Shown here in pieces: positions 1 through 16,286 of a DNA stretch of 64,000 bases. A program made the translations under genes and the position numbers. The notes beneath the pieces were generated by a model. That model did no database searches. It saw only the letters and a program-made list of their open reading frames with translations, and was not told the origin of the DNA. Location: the NCBI GenBank assembly GCA_020536535.1, contig JAHLWZ010000844.1, positions 16,251 through 80,250 on the forward strand, written 5' to 3'. Each line of letters opens with the position of its first letter. Position 1 is the first letter of the stretch. This DNA is from Pelomyxa schiedti. Its lineage: Eukaryota > Protista > Evosea.

Positions 1-13
1 ACTGAGAGAACAC

Positions 14-1388
14 ATGCACACGCGGGCAGCAGTGCTGTGGGGCACAGGGCAGCGGATACAAGTGGAGAACGTGGAGCTTGGGGGGCCGCGGAGGGGAGAG
101 GTTGTGGTGAGGATGGAGGCCGCGGGCGTGTGTCACAGCGACTGGCACATTGTGACCGGCGACACGAAGCACCCAATGCCTGTGGCCCTGGGTCACGAGG
201 GCGCTGGCGTAGTCGAAGTATGTTCAATGGCAGGGATTGTTGCGCTTTACATTGTTGTTGTTGTTGTTGGTGGTGATGTGTTTTTCCTTTTTTTTTTTTT
301 TTTTTGTTTCTTATGGGAATGGTAGGTTGTTGGAGAGGGAGTGGATACAGTGACTGTTGGGGATTGTGTGGCACTCGTTTGGTCTCCAAGCTGTGGCAAG
401 TGCTTTTATTGTGTGAGGGACGAACCATCACTTTGTGTGACTTACGAAAAGAGGGTGAGGCCTTTCCTCCGAGGAGGTTTCTGGGAGTGATATTCATGCC
501 TATTATACAGATATGGGATGGTACAATGTTGGATGGAACTCCAAGGTTCACGTTGAACGGCAAGCCGATTTATCACCACTCCTCACTTGGTTGCTTTGCC
601 GATAGAGTGACTGTGCCAGAGTGCTGCTGTATACGAATGCCAAAAGAAGTTCCTGCAGATGTCCGAGCCCTGATAGGTTGCTGTGTAGCAACTGGAGTTG
701 GGGCTGCACTGCGCACAGCACCTGTCCACCCGGGAGACATAGTAGCTGTTTTTGGTGTTGGAGGTTCTTTTCTTTGGTCTTGCTCCCTATTGACAGGCAC
801 AACAGGGGTTGGACTGAGCATTGTTATGGGAGCTCGGGCTGCTGGTGCTTCAGCAATTATTGTGGTTGATAGAACTCGCGCCAAAGAACAGTTGGCACGT
901 CACCTTGGAGCCACTCACTTTGTATTATCTGAGGGAAATGTGCCTGAAAAAATACGCTCTCTAACTGAAGGAAGAGGTGCCGATGTGTGTTTTGAGGCAG
1001 TTGGTCTTCCGATTCTGCAACAGCTTTGTGTAGAATGCATAAGACCAGGAGGGACATGCGTGGTTGGCACCCAAACCTACTTGAATATTCCTTGAATTAA
1101 CTCCTACAGCTAGTTGGGTTGGCCCCGATGGGCTCTACACTGAAGGCTGAGGGTGAACCTTTCGCGCGGTACCAAAAGAAAATGCATGGCTCCAATTACG
1201 GATCGAGCAACCCAGCACGCGATTTCCCACTTCTGGGACAGCTGTACCTATCGGGCAAGCTTCCTGTCAATGACCTCATATCCCGACATTATACCCTTGA
1301 TCAAGTCAATGAGGCGTTCGCTGATATGTTATCCGGGTCTCTCTCTGGCAGAGGTGTTATTATGTTTCCTCCTGCCTCTAAACTCTAA
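14..1388 (+). CDS. Zn-dependent (MDR family, class III-like) alcohol dehydrogenase, ~5 exons, C-terminal PTS1 -SKL
   Basis: Catalytic Zn motifs GVCHSD and GHEGAG. Structural Zn CGKCFYC...LC in exon 2 (~326-453). Rossmann motif VFGVG|GVG split by an intron. C-terminal GSNYGSSNPARDFP...GRGVIMFPPASKL*. GT..AG introns restore the frame. Confidence 0.92.
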
Positions 1389-1457
1389 TTCCACTATGGA
1401 AACAAACAAAACTATATTTATTGCAATCTACAGGTTTTTCTTTTCATTTCTCGAACA

Positions 1458-2192
1458 TTATGATACAGTTATCTTTACCGCTCCCCTGCGCTTTTTCTTT
1501 GGAAGCAACACGGACAGTACTCCTTCATTCAGTGAGGCGCTCATAGCATTTATCGACTCTGGTTCTACGTCTGCATCGGGAACAGGGAAACATCGCGAGA
1601 ATACACCAAATTTGCGCTCCTCCAGCAATGGCATGTTCTGTGAGGACTTGTTAGGGTCGACAGATCTATCTGGATTGTTCTTGTTGCCGCAAATAGACAG
1701 TATCCCTTCAGCACTGAGGTCTACCCGGATATTGGCCTTATCAACTCCCGGCAGCTCCATCTTTATCTGAGGTAGAGGTCAACATTGTAAGTATAAGGGA
1801 AACAGTGATCTAACCTCATAGTGGGACTCGGTCTCCTTGAAGTCTGTATTTGGCCACCACAGACAATTCCTTGCACCAGGTTCCAGAACAGATTCTTTTT
1901 CCGCCGGTTCTGGTTTCTCTTCTCCCTTGTCAAATATCTCCCAGATAGCGGAATGCTTTGACTTTCCAGGCACCTCAGAATCGCCGGCATTGCTTTCCAC
2001 CTTCCTGTTCTTTACATTGGTCTGCTGCTCTCTTTCTGGATTCAGGTGTACCACAGACTTTGCGCGCCTGGGCCGCTTTTGTGTTGGCTGTTCACAGTCT
2101 CTATAGTCGGGCTCCCCATTTATTCCCTCATCCAGAGAGTTCAGCCTTCTCTCGATTTTCCTCAACTCGTTCAGTAAATTCAAGCCTAACAT
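1458..2192 (-). CDS. Small heat-shock protein (Hsp20/alpha-crystallin domain), 2 exons
   Basis: WWPNTDFKETESHYE|IKMELPGVDKANIRVDL...ERKFGVFSRCFPVP...ASLNEGVLSVLLPK plus a terminal IxV motif. One 48-nt GT-AG intron at 1767-1814. Confidence 0.92.
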
Positions 2193-2438
2193 AGTGCGTC
2201 TCTCGATTTTTTATTGTGAGTTTTTTGCCTTCTTTTGTTGTAGTTTTTGTTTGGCTGACACTAAGTCTCGTGGAAATCTCTTAGAATTTAACACTGAAGA
2301 TCAGGGAGTAAAAAAGGACAGACCTAATATTTTCCAGATAGGAGCAAGCCACACCCCGCCCACCCTATGGCCCCTCATCTTCGATGATCTGAGATTGAAC
2401 CTTCCGATCCAAAAAAAAGGGAAGAATTCATCAAAAAA

Positions 2439-4052
2439 ATGCCCTCGTTTTCGGTTGGGGGCGTTGCCGTTTGGGCACTTGTGTCGTTGCTTTTTGTAAT
2501 TGGCAGTAGTGGTGTCGGCTCGGTAACCACGACTGCTGTCGATTCGTACACCCTCAGCGGCTACCTCACCACCGGCTGCCCCGACTTTGTGTCCCTCCCC
2601 TTCGAGGTCCCCGACTCCTCGGTCAGCTACGTCGCGGTGTCTTACTGGTTCAGCGACGCCCTGGTGCCCCCCGGGGTCCCCGGCAACGCCCTCGACATCG
2701 GCCTGTGGGACGAGCGGGGGGTCGCGGTGGACGCGGCGCGGGTGAACGGGTGGCGGGGCTGGACGGGCTCCGGGTCCACGTCGACCTTTGGCGTGGGGAG
2801 CGAGGAGGCGGCCCTGGGCTACGTCAGCGGCCAGGTCAACCCCGGCGTGTGGAACGTGGTGCTCGGCCCGTACACGGTCGCCCCTGAGGGCCTCTGGTAC
2901 CAGGTCAATGTCACGTTGCAGAGGTATCTTCTATTCCCAAAGTGTTTGTGAAGTATGAGAGGCTCATTGAACACACATAGAAATACTACTGGCTCGGCGA
3001 CGAAGAGTCAAGTGCTTAAGGAGTACCCGCCAGATTCTGTAGCCGGAAGAGGGCGGGACTGGTACAGGGGGCAGTGCCATCTCCACACAGTCCACTCGGA
3101 CGGCTCCAGAACGCCCGAGCAAGTCGCCGCCGAGGCGCGGGAGCTAGGCATAGACTTCTTCGCGGCCACCGACCACAACACGATATCCAGCCAGACCGAG
3201 TGGGGCGGCCTGTGGGGCGACGACCTCCTGATCCTCTGCGGCGAGGAGCTCACCACCAGGAACGGCCACTGCGTCGCCTTCGCCACGGACGCGGGCGCCT
3301 GGTTCGACTTCCGCTTCCGCGCCAAGGACGGCGCGTTCCCCGACTTCGCGGCCAGCATCGGCGAGCGCGGCGGCGTAGTCATCGCGGCGCACCCCCACAG
3401 CACCTGCCTGGCCTGCCGCTGGTCCTTCACGTTCGACGACGTGGACCTGCTCGAGGTGTGGAACGGCCCGTGGACCCCCGACGACGAGCAGGCCGTCTCG
3501 ACGTGGGAGTCGATGCTGCTCTCGGCCTCGCCGGCCGGGTGGCGCCCGGCCCACGGCGGGTCGGACTCGCACGGCGAGGGCGTGCCGCTGGACCTGCCCA
3601 ACGTCGTGGTGCTGGCCGACGAGCTGAGCAGGGACGCCGTGGTGGCGGGGATGAAGGCCGGGCACAGCTACATCGCCGAGTCCACGGCGGTGTCCGTCAA
3701 CCTCACGGCCGCGACCACCGCGACGGGCAAGGAGCTGGTCGCGGGCATCGGGTGCTGCCTCTGCGCCCCGGCCGACACCAAGGTCTCGGTCACGCTCACC
3801 GTCTCTGGGGGGCCCGACGGCGGCACCGCGAGGATAATGACGGAGGAGGGGGTCATGCACGACGAGCTGCTCAGGGGAGGGGGAGGTGGCACAATAGAGA
3901 CCTTCTTGTGGGAGACCACTGTGTCTTTGGCTACGTATGTGCGGGCTGAGATACGGCACCCATCTATGAGGATGGTTGCAATGACCAACCCGATTTTCCT
4001 GGGTGAGGAAATGTGCAGCAAGTGCGCTGCTGCTGACCAGATAATTTTGTAA
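2439..4052 (+). CDS. Secreted PHP-domain metallohydrolase (CehA/McbA-like), 2 exons
   Basis: Hydrophobic N-terminal signal. PHP motifs WYRGQCHLHTVHSDG, ATDHN, GEELTT..GH, AAHP, LEVWNG, GGSDSH and terminal AMTNPIFL. One intron at ~2923-2980 joins ORFs 2439-2951 and 2955-4052. Very GC-rich coding body. Confidence 0.88.
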
Positions 4053-4138
4053 GAGCAAAGAGAATAGGGTGTTGTCTTTTCTTGAGAAACTAAAAGCACA
4101 CTTTTGTTTTTTCCCAAAACTTCTGAAATAATTATACA

Positions 4139-7100
4139 CTAACAAGCATCGATCAGTTCCTCAAGGACACTGATGACGGTCAAGAAGGCTAGGGAAAGGT
4201 TAGGGTGAGAAGCGGAGATGAAGACGTACAAGGCCTTTCAGATGGCTTCTGGTCCCAGCAGTCAACAATCAACTGGGCATATTCGGGTGGTGCTGTTGCC
4301 GGAATCTCTTCTCTGTTGCCAGCAATTACGAAGGAATCTTTCAAAATGAATTTGAGGAATAATGTTTGGGGAGCATACAGAAATCCTTCAGTGATTGATA
4401 CGGTTGCATTTCAGTGAGGATTTGCCAAAGCATAACCCCGTAACTAAATACGTCTGTTTCAACGCCATATTCGTTTGTTCCAGAGAGTACTTCTGCACCG
4501 AGTTAACACGAAATTTTCCTTTGGGTTTTTACCTGGAGCCATATCTGAAGTAGTGGTAGGGGGTAAACATAAGTAATGGATAAAGGTAAGTTTATTAGTG
4601 TAAGGTTCACACATATTGGGGTGCCAATTAGGACTGTCATCTGCCGGGCAGATGCAGCAGTCAGTGCTGGGGAGGCCGAGGTCATCCCTCGTGCACTCAC
4701 AGTCCGTGATGTGCCAAAATCGGAAACCTGAAAGCATGTGTTTTGACAATAAGTTCTCAGTACAAACCTTGCAAGTGAGAACAGCGTGCTTATTTATTGA
4801 CACCATCAGAACTTGTAATAAATATATCAGTAAGAAAAGCAAGTCCGAGGGAAGGAGAGATTACTGTTGTCGGGCTGCAAAGGAAATGAATTTTGTGCAT
4901 AACATCTTAAATAGGAAGACAGAAGTACAAACCTTCAAGTCTCTGTGAACCATATTGTTTGCATGCTTTTAAAATTCGTATTATCTTAGAAAAAAGTATC
5001 ACGAAATAAAATATTACCAAAAAAGACATGGCTGTAAGAAAAAAGCAATTAGCAACTACTGTTGACTTCAGAAACACACCCAAAGCAATATCCTTCGCAA
5101 TCTTTAACTTAATTATCCAGGCTAGGTCCTTGTTTTTCTTTTTTTGTTGTAAGTAATGGAAAAATGGGCCGGAATGACAACTTTTAGTACAGATGACAAG
5201 TTCCCCAATGCCATGTACTCCTTGTGTTTTATCCAGTCAGAATTTTTTAAAAATATGGAAGATATGTATAGGCAATGAGGAATTCTATACTCACTGTTAT
5301 AATGCATAACTGAGTAAAGGACATCAAACAAAAGTGTAATGAGGATAAAAAGTAAAGGAGAAAAAAGTCAGAACTCGAGAAAGGGTAAAATTCAGAAACC
5401 TTTCGCGGAATTGTCACACTATCATTGGCATGTAAGAAGGAAAAATCAGTTAAAAGATGTACATACGCTCCAATAAAATTAACAACGTGGGTGTGCCTCA
5501 ATTGAGTGAGAAGTTTGATCTCTCTAAGAGGGGTAAGGAATGTAGGAATACGATCAGTGTGATGAACCTTCTAAATTCAGCAAAAGTCGTTTCAGTAGGA
5601 TTTTGGTCCTTGAGAAGCTTGATTGCCACAGGAGTGTGACGCCAACTCCCTCTCCTGTAAAATCATGTGTTAGGTGTATTAAGCGGGAGAGGGCTGCCAA
5701 CCAAACTGCCGCAAAGCTTCCTTCTCCAATCTTATCCTCAAAAAGCAAATCAGTGTAATCAAGCTGACAGGGAATTGTGAGATATTTACAGGAGAAATTT
5801 ACAAGCTCACTTGCGTTGACAGGCACGTTGTTACTGTGAACTTGATAGAGTGGCAAAAAGTTGCTTCAGTGTCACTTAAAGTCTTTCTATGACTGAAAAC
5901 ACCAGTTTTATAATCTTCACATACATTAAGAATCAAAATCGGTATGAGTGAAAGAAACCAGCTGCAATAAGTCCAAACTGAGCATCAATTTTTGTTGTGC
6001 AAGACACAACCAGCTTAACCTGAAACTCTGTATCTTTTCCCTATGTACCTAAGTTATCCAGCCCTCTCTCAAAGAAAATGTTTACCTTGGAGACCACGGA
6101 TTGAGGTGGGTCAATTGTCAAAGTGTAACGGTCATCAGATGGAATAACAAAGGAAATCAACATCGTGGTACCACTGTTTTTTACAACGAGTGTATCTGTT
6201 ACTTCCTATAAGAGTTGGAGGTAAAATAAACAACTCGCGGTTCACTACCTTATCAATGTCATAAGGCTCAGTTCCACCAAAAGTCAATATAGGGGGTGTT
6301 ATCTTTTTTTGTTTTGAGGGGAACAATGTAACAAAATAAGTGCATACCACTAGACTCGGTGAAGGTGGAAGAAGGGGTAACGAAAACTGTGGGGGGGAAA
6401 GAACGGGAGGTAATTTGGACGGTGAACTCGTACGTGCAAGACCATCATCACTAATTGGTGACGCATTATAGGTCCTGGACTTTCTTTCTGACATTTTTGC
6501 AATAGATTTGCTGTGGTCTAAGCCAAGACGGCGGCTGAATGGACAGAGTTGCTTCTGTTTATTTTGACAAAAGGAAAAGATTGTGAGGTGTAGTACGGGC
6601 TTTTTGGCGTGTGTGTCAGTGGCGATCCAACTTAATGGGCTCCCACAAGGGACTCCTTCCAGGTCTACATCAAATCCTGCCATTTGTGAGAAAAACAAAG
6701 GCGAAAATTTCTCAATGTTTACCTGTGAAAGATGGGACAATCTTCTTGGTTGAAATTCGTGACTGTGTCCCACTGAGTGACCACACAGAAACGTGGGGAA
6801 GTGCGTGGTACGGCGTAATGAAGTCAATGTGGTGCCTATAGTACTGGGCTCTAAACCTTCCACTTTGAAACAAAGCTGCTGTGTCAATTTTCCGGAAAAT
6901 GTTCCACACAAGGTCCAAAGGCACCAGGGTGGACAGTGTTGACGCTGATGTGGGAAGTCTCTGAAGTTCAGGCTTTGTCTCTTCTGATTCTGGTTCCCCT
7001 GGTCCAGAGTAACTGAACATCTATGAGGCTAGTACCAGAAAATGCTTTGAACACACCTGGAAAGCACTTCCAACAACTCTGGAGTTCCTCCCGCTTGCGC

Positions 7101-9096
7101 TTTTAGTATGGGCGATTCACCATATTTGTTTTTGATGTCTGTGTTTAAATTGAGATGCTACAAAACATTAGGAAACACACAAGGATTGGCATCAGCCAAC
7201 ATCAACGAATTTATAAAATCCAAACGTACACCCGATATGGTGCATGAATTCATCAATGCTGTATCACCGGCGTCCGATTGTGCATTTACATCAATTCCTG
7301 CTGACAGCAGTGTGTGGAGAAGCTAGTTTATGGTGGTTAAAGGATAAAAAAACAGAGGTAGGCGTAAGGGACACTTACAGCCGTCGATGTGGAATCGGAT
7401 TTGAAAGTTTTTGCAAGAAAATGAAGTGCAGTCTGCTTTCTTGTTGTTTGTTGTAACATGTTTGCACCTTTCTTTATGAGAAATTCCGCGACAGTAAAAT
7501 GTCCTTGCGAGATTGCTGCCCTTTTGTTTGGGAAAAAGTGTGTTAAAAGTATACCAGAGGCATCAAAACGGAACTCATACAGCATTGGTGTCATGTCCAG
7601 ATCATCCTGCACAATTGAGTGATGAGCCAACTGGGTTAATGAGGGAGAAAGCTCACACCTTAGGGTCGATATCAGCTCCTCTCTTTAGGAGATCCCCAAC
7701 AAGGTCACGATTGCCTGCATAAGCGGCAGCATGTAATAGTGTTTGACCATCATCTGCCTTTGCATTAATAGTGCCATCCTTGTTTGAGTAAGCAAAGGGG
7801 TTAAACAAAAACGGGAATGAGTGATACTTTGATACTTGCATCGATTTTTTCACCCAAAGGCTTAGTTAAACCTCGTGGCGATGCAAGGATGAGACGTATA
7901 GCTTCTTTTAGTGCTGGCGCTGTTGTTGGAGTGACAAATGCTACCCAGCACATCTCAAAATTGCCTTCAACTGCAGCTGTGAATCCTAGGAAGGAATATT
8001 AAATTGATCTCATGCATGAAATGAGCAACCAGTTTGAGAAGCCGCAATTTTGGAAGAGGGAACAGTATTGAGGGGTGCTTGCTCTCGGTATCCAAACAAC
8101 CAAGCAAACACCTTTGGTGAGCTGGGAAATGGGTCATTAAATGTCACTGATACAACTCCTCCTGAGGTGGAGTTTGTACGTTGCTGGCCACTTTGCACCA
8201 TTATTGCTCGAGTGGGTAGATTTGCGAAAATCCCTTCTGCCATTGCAATACCAATTTTCACAGTTGCACTGCTGTTAGTATGGGTCAGTGGGATGGATTT
8301 CTGTAAAGAAGGCGCACTTTGTCATGGATTCCAATCGCGGAGTCGCAGCGGCAACAAAAGTGGAATCAGTTGGTGGTGAGCATTGTATTACAATTGAAGG
8401 AACCGTAAGAAGTGTCATTTTTGGGGATAAGAGTGGAGAGTGTGCAGGTGACAGAGTGCTAGTAGGAGTTGTACTGCTTGGTGGTGTTCGTGGAGACCGT
8501 GGTGAAGAGCTGAGAATTGGTGTGCTGGAAGGTGTACGGGGAGTAGGCACAGCAAGGAAGGTCGGGCTTGCTCTCGATTCGTCATTTGATTGAGTGTGCT
8601 CAGAGAGCATTTGGGGTATCTTGTCCACCTCATAGCAGTAATCCGGTGAGGGTGTTCGTGTAATAATAGTGGGAGTTGTTGCTTCCGTGGATTTGCGTGA
8701 ACAATCCGAATCGGCGGACGATTCGCCCGATTTTTCGTGTCCGTGTTTGTGTCTGTGATGTGATTCCCGTCTGGGTTTGTGGTGCCTGCTTTCGCTAGCT
8801 CGTCTTTCGTGCTCCACGTCGTTGGTGTCCGCTACAACCACAACAGGCACAGTCACCACACTAGCCGCCGCCGCTGGAGGAGGTGATAACGGCGGCGACG
8901 GGGCTTCAACCGCAGGAGCTACGATACGCGTTGGTCCCGAATCGCCGGTGGTGGTTTCATGTGCAGAATCGTTCGCTTGCGCAGTCGTGATTGTTGTCGC
9001 GGGGGTGGTCGTAGCGGTGGCGGCACAGCTGTCTACGTTACACACACCAACATGCGGTAGATCCGGTTTGGAGGCACTCCGGTAGCGAACGAGCAT
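4139..9096 (-). CDS. Multi-exon TKL kinase, copy A: low-complexity N-terminus, 2 H-type-lectin-like domains, ankyrin repeats, Ig-like module, kinase
   Basis: Ankyrin motifs GQTLLHAAAYAGN, KQTALHFLA and GDTALM. Kinase motifs IGEGSFAAV, VAIK, HRDLK|PDN, SDFGTSR, GTPI|YMAP|E, DVFSYG and LIVDCWDQKPSERP. Likely start MLVRYRS (9096). Ends ELIDAC*. Confidence 0.85.
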
Positions 9097-9250
9097 TTGT
9101 TTGATTGCCTTTCTGGAAAAAAAGTACCAAAAGATCATTTATTGGCTGTTCAGGCAGTGCTGCCTCGCTCTGACAATTTTGAAAGGAAATTTGTAGATTC
9201 GGAGTAACTTTGGTTATCGTAAAGGCTCTGTGTCTGCAGTGCACACAGCT

Positions 9251-13030
<3,780 letters not shown>

Positions 13031-13344
13031 CTTGACGGTGCTACCTCGTGGGCAAGGGAAATTAAAATGCAGTTCAGTAGATCACAAGATCTGAATTTGA
13101 TGATTGAAACAATTCTGCGAAAGGAAATTTTCCAAAACAAGCTTGATACTGCTTGGCTGGGGCGACTTACGTTTACTGCGGGCTTGAATGTTGAACGAGA
13201 ACAGACATACAACCAAAGTAAAACCCTGCATGTACTGATGATCAATTAGGAATACCGGCTGGGTTGATAACGTCGCACAGTGTGGCGAATTGGCTGATTG
13301 GCTCCTTCCAAATCGGAGATTTCTGGCCTGTTGCTTTTGTTGGG

Positions 13345-13377
13345 GTGTCACATCACACACTGGGTGTGATGTGGCAC
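13345..13377. repeat. 14-bp inverted repeat (hairpin) with a 5-nt loop, upstream of the HELLS-like gene
   Basis: GTGTCACATCACAC-actgg-GTGTGATGTGGCAC: 13 of 14 positions Watson-Crick paired plus one G:T pair. Confidence 0.75.
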
Positions 13378-13559
13378 AGGGTGCACCTGTTTGGCGGCTC
13401 AGACTCGCTGCTGCCCTGTGCACATGGTGCTATCTTGAAAGTGGGAACTGGATAGCCACGGTTCAAGATATCAGAAGAGCCAGAAGACTCGAGCTCCCCT
13501 TTCTTTGTGATGAATGAGGACAGCAGCCGGCGTGTCGGGAGAATGCCGCTTTTCTGAAC

Positions 13560-15344
13560 CGATTTTGGCACAGGGAAGGACTTCGAGAGCAATGGCAAAT
13601 GGCTGGTGTGCACAGAAAGCATCCTCGTTCTTCCCCCATTCCGAGCCCCGCACTCGTGCGAGAGTGTAGCGTCTGAGAGCTGGAGGTGTCCCAAATTGTG
13701 GCTGTGTGGTGCTGGAGATTTCTCACCACCGTCTTTTCCAGAAAACCAAATAATTACGTCGCTCAGGTGATTCTTCTAGGCTCTAGTATGTCACAGTGGC
13801 ATGTGATTTTTTGTTGATTTGGAAGCAAGCTTTTCCAGCAGAAGACTGGTTCCCACAAGGGAGACATTTGCCCTTCCATCTTCCCTTCTTCAGAACATGA
13901 AGAAGACGTGGTACTGTTCCCAGGGTATCCTCTGGACGCAACGTACCCTCTAGTGGGCAATGTGTTCACTGTAGCCCACCTGTGGACCACCACGAGCATC
14001 GTAATCATCAACAGAACCAGCTGTTACTTTGGGTTTTTGGCTTTTGAAAGGGAATCGCCCTCACCCTCACAACAAGCCTGCATCCTGCTCCTCCACTTTT
14101 TTTTTTTGGTGAAGTTCCTCTTGTTTATTAACTTAACTTAATTTAGACACATGGGTAAGATTTAAGTTTGTTTTATTTCGTTTTCGTTCATCTCACATCA
14201 ACACAGGTCATTGAAGATAATGATGAGGAGAAGCGGGCACAGCGGTAGTTTCCATTTATCTTCTCCATTTTTCTTTTCTCACGTTTGAAAATCAGATGCT
14301 GTTTCATAAGTTAGTTGAGAGGCAGACAGGAACAGAGAACCTGGAGGCAGAAGCAGGTGCACACCCAGAAGAGTGTGTGCAGCTCGGCTCCATTCCACTG
14401 GTATTCCTCTTCTTTGAGTCCCCCAATAGACTCACCTCCAATCTCTAGGTCCTTTCCTGCCCAGGAGAATGGTGTGTGCAGCTCTGCTCCGCTTTCCTTC
14501 TCGAGTTCTCACACTCTAGGTAGTGTTGCAACTTGTCGGCGGCTGAGATGACCCTGTCATCGCCACGGCAAATCCGTATCGTCACCCATCAGAAGAAAGA
14601 ACCTGTTCCTCAAATCTATCTCTGCGTTGCTTATCATCCCTGCGATTGTAGCTGGAGGGACTTTCAACGAAAATCTTGTCATAAAGGCCCTCTCGGTTGC
14701 CACTGCTGCAGAGGTTCATCACCCGTTCTCGAGGTCGTATTGCCCAAGTCTTTAGCAAGTTGAGTTCCAGTTCAGTGGAGAGCCTATTTGGGGAGGCATT
14801 GGAAAGGCACAAGGGCTGGATGGACTTCTGCTTCAGATGTTGAGGTTTCGTGCCTTTCAAATCAAAGACCTTCCACTGGTGGGGAGGCCCTTGTGGATTT
14901 GGCCAATGAATTAACTCTCTCCCGGCCAGCAACAATCTCAAAACAAGTTACGGAAACGATCCCAAAAAGAAACCCCAGTTACCAGGGAACATAAGATTCT
15001 GTCCATGCCGGTAGAATGCGGAGGAAAAAGGTACAATACAGAGCTTCACATGAAGGAGCATACAATTCCTGTTGATGTGGAATCGTACCCACGGCTTGCC
15101 TTCTGGTTGCATCATCAGTATCTCCAACACCAACATAAGAGAGCTCATGAAAGAAATATGCAGCGAGGTTACTTCACAAATCCACAGAAGGGTGGCCACT
15201 GCTTTTACAAGTGAACTTGCACCGCTCGCTCCCTGCGAACCAAGGAAGCTTCCTCCTGCACTGCTTTCTCGTGACGAGACTAAAAGGCAACAGTTACTTA
15301 AACACCACAATTACCGGGAGCCTCAGTACACAGACGAACTGTAA
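13560..15344 (+). CDS. Possible multi-exon hypothetical protein; exon structure unresolved
   Basis: Several GT..AG-bounded open segments (e.g. AGGTFNENLVIKALSVATAAE|QVEFQFSGEPIWGG, ELMKEICSEVTSQIHRRVATAF...YTDEL*). No recognisable domain and the 5' end is uncertain. Confidence 0.35.
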
Positions 15345-15762
15345 CACGGTGACCACCAAACCACTGTGACTACCCTCATCAAAGTTGCTCCTTTGCTCCA
15401 CGTCATTCCCCTTTGTAAGGTGCCACTGTAACCAACAATGCAAGAACCCTGTTTTTTTGAATTGCTCGACCGGGTGTGTGGCGCAGGGGAAAAGGCACTC
15501 GCTACAGCCAGACGGTTCACAAGCTCCAAGTTGGGTTCAGGGAGTGTTTCCCAACTGAAAGCTAGTTATGGTCACTACTGCCGACTACGAAACAGAACTA
15601 CAGCCATCATTTCGAACTACCAGAGTGTGGTTCCTCTGGGAGCAAAACTTTCCGCGCCAAATTTTTTCTGTTTTAAGGGAAAATTTAGAAAAAAGGTAAA
15701 AATAACAAAAAAAAGAAGGGCAGCTGGGGAAGGCTACCGGCAAAGAGGTGGCAGACAACAGC

Positions 15763-15876
15763 GGTGCAGTTTGGAGCGGTGGTGCATTTTGGAGAGTGGG
15801 TGCAGTTCGGAGCGGTGTCAGTGGGTGCATGCAGTGTTTGGGTGCATTTGGAGCGCATTTGGAGCATTTGGTGCAT
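15763..15876. repeat. Degenerate intergenic minisatellite with a GGTGCA(G/T)TT(T/C)GGAG core
   Basis: Three copies at an 18-bp period (15763, 15781, 15799), then truncated copies GGTGCAT, GGTGCATTTGGAG and GCATTTGGAG. Confidence 0.7.
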
Positions 15877-16286
15877 CATATCATTTTGGGGATAGTATAG
15901 AGTGGGAGTGGGTGTATTGTATATTGCAAACCTGATATTCCAGGCGGGGGAAAATATTATTAATGCCTCGTGCTCAGCACCACACGATTTCTGAGTCTAC
16001 CTTTAAGGAAAAGAAAACAAAAAATCGAGTGCTGTTGAGTTTGTTTATCCCACCCTTTTTACGAACCCTGGTGTTTCTTGTGACGGTTCGGTTATGAAAC
16101 GGCTTCAACACCCAAATCACAAATGTTCCATCAAAACCCACAACCCGAAAGGAGTCGAGGACTCTAGGAATAAGAAAAAGGGGGAATTACAAAAAGCTAG
16201 CACATTTTGGAAGCTCCAAAACGGTTCCACCAACGGAAGAACAAACCGAACTACCTTCCCAACTTAGTTGTTGGAATAAGTTTGTA

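Noticed and set aside
2270-2430. Heat-shock elements upstream of Hsp20
   Set aside because: Only a two-unit GAAccTTC (2397-2404) and mis-spaced GAA units; not distinguishable from chance.
3008-4145. Long overlapping ORFs (3008-3601 -, 3074-3949 +, 3144-4145 -)
   Set aside because: Shadow frames caused by the high GC3 of the PHP gene; Arg/Gly/Ala-rich with no motifs.
15763-15876. Possible CRISPR-like array
   Set aside because: Repeats are 14 bp and degenerate, spacers are about 4 bp, there are no cas genes, and the context is eukaryotic.
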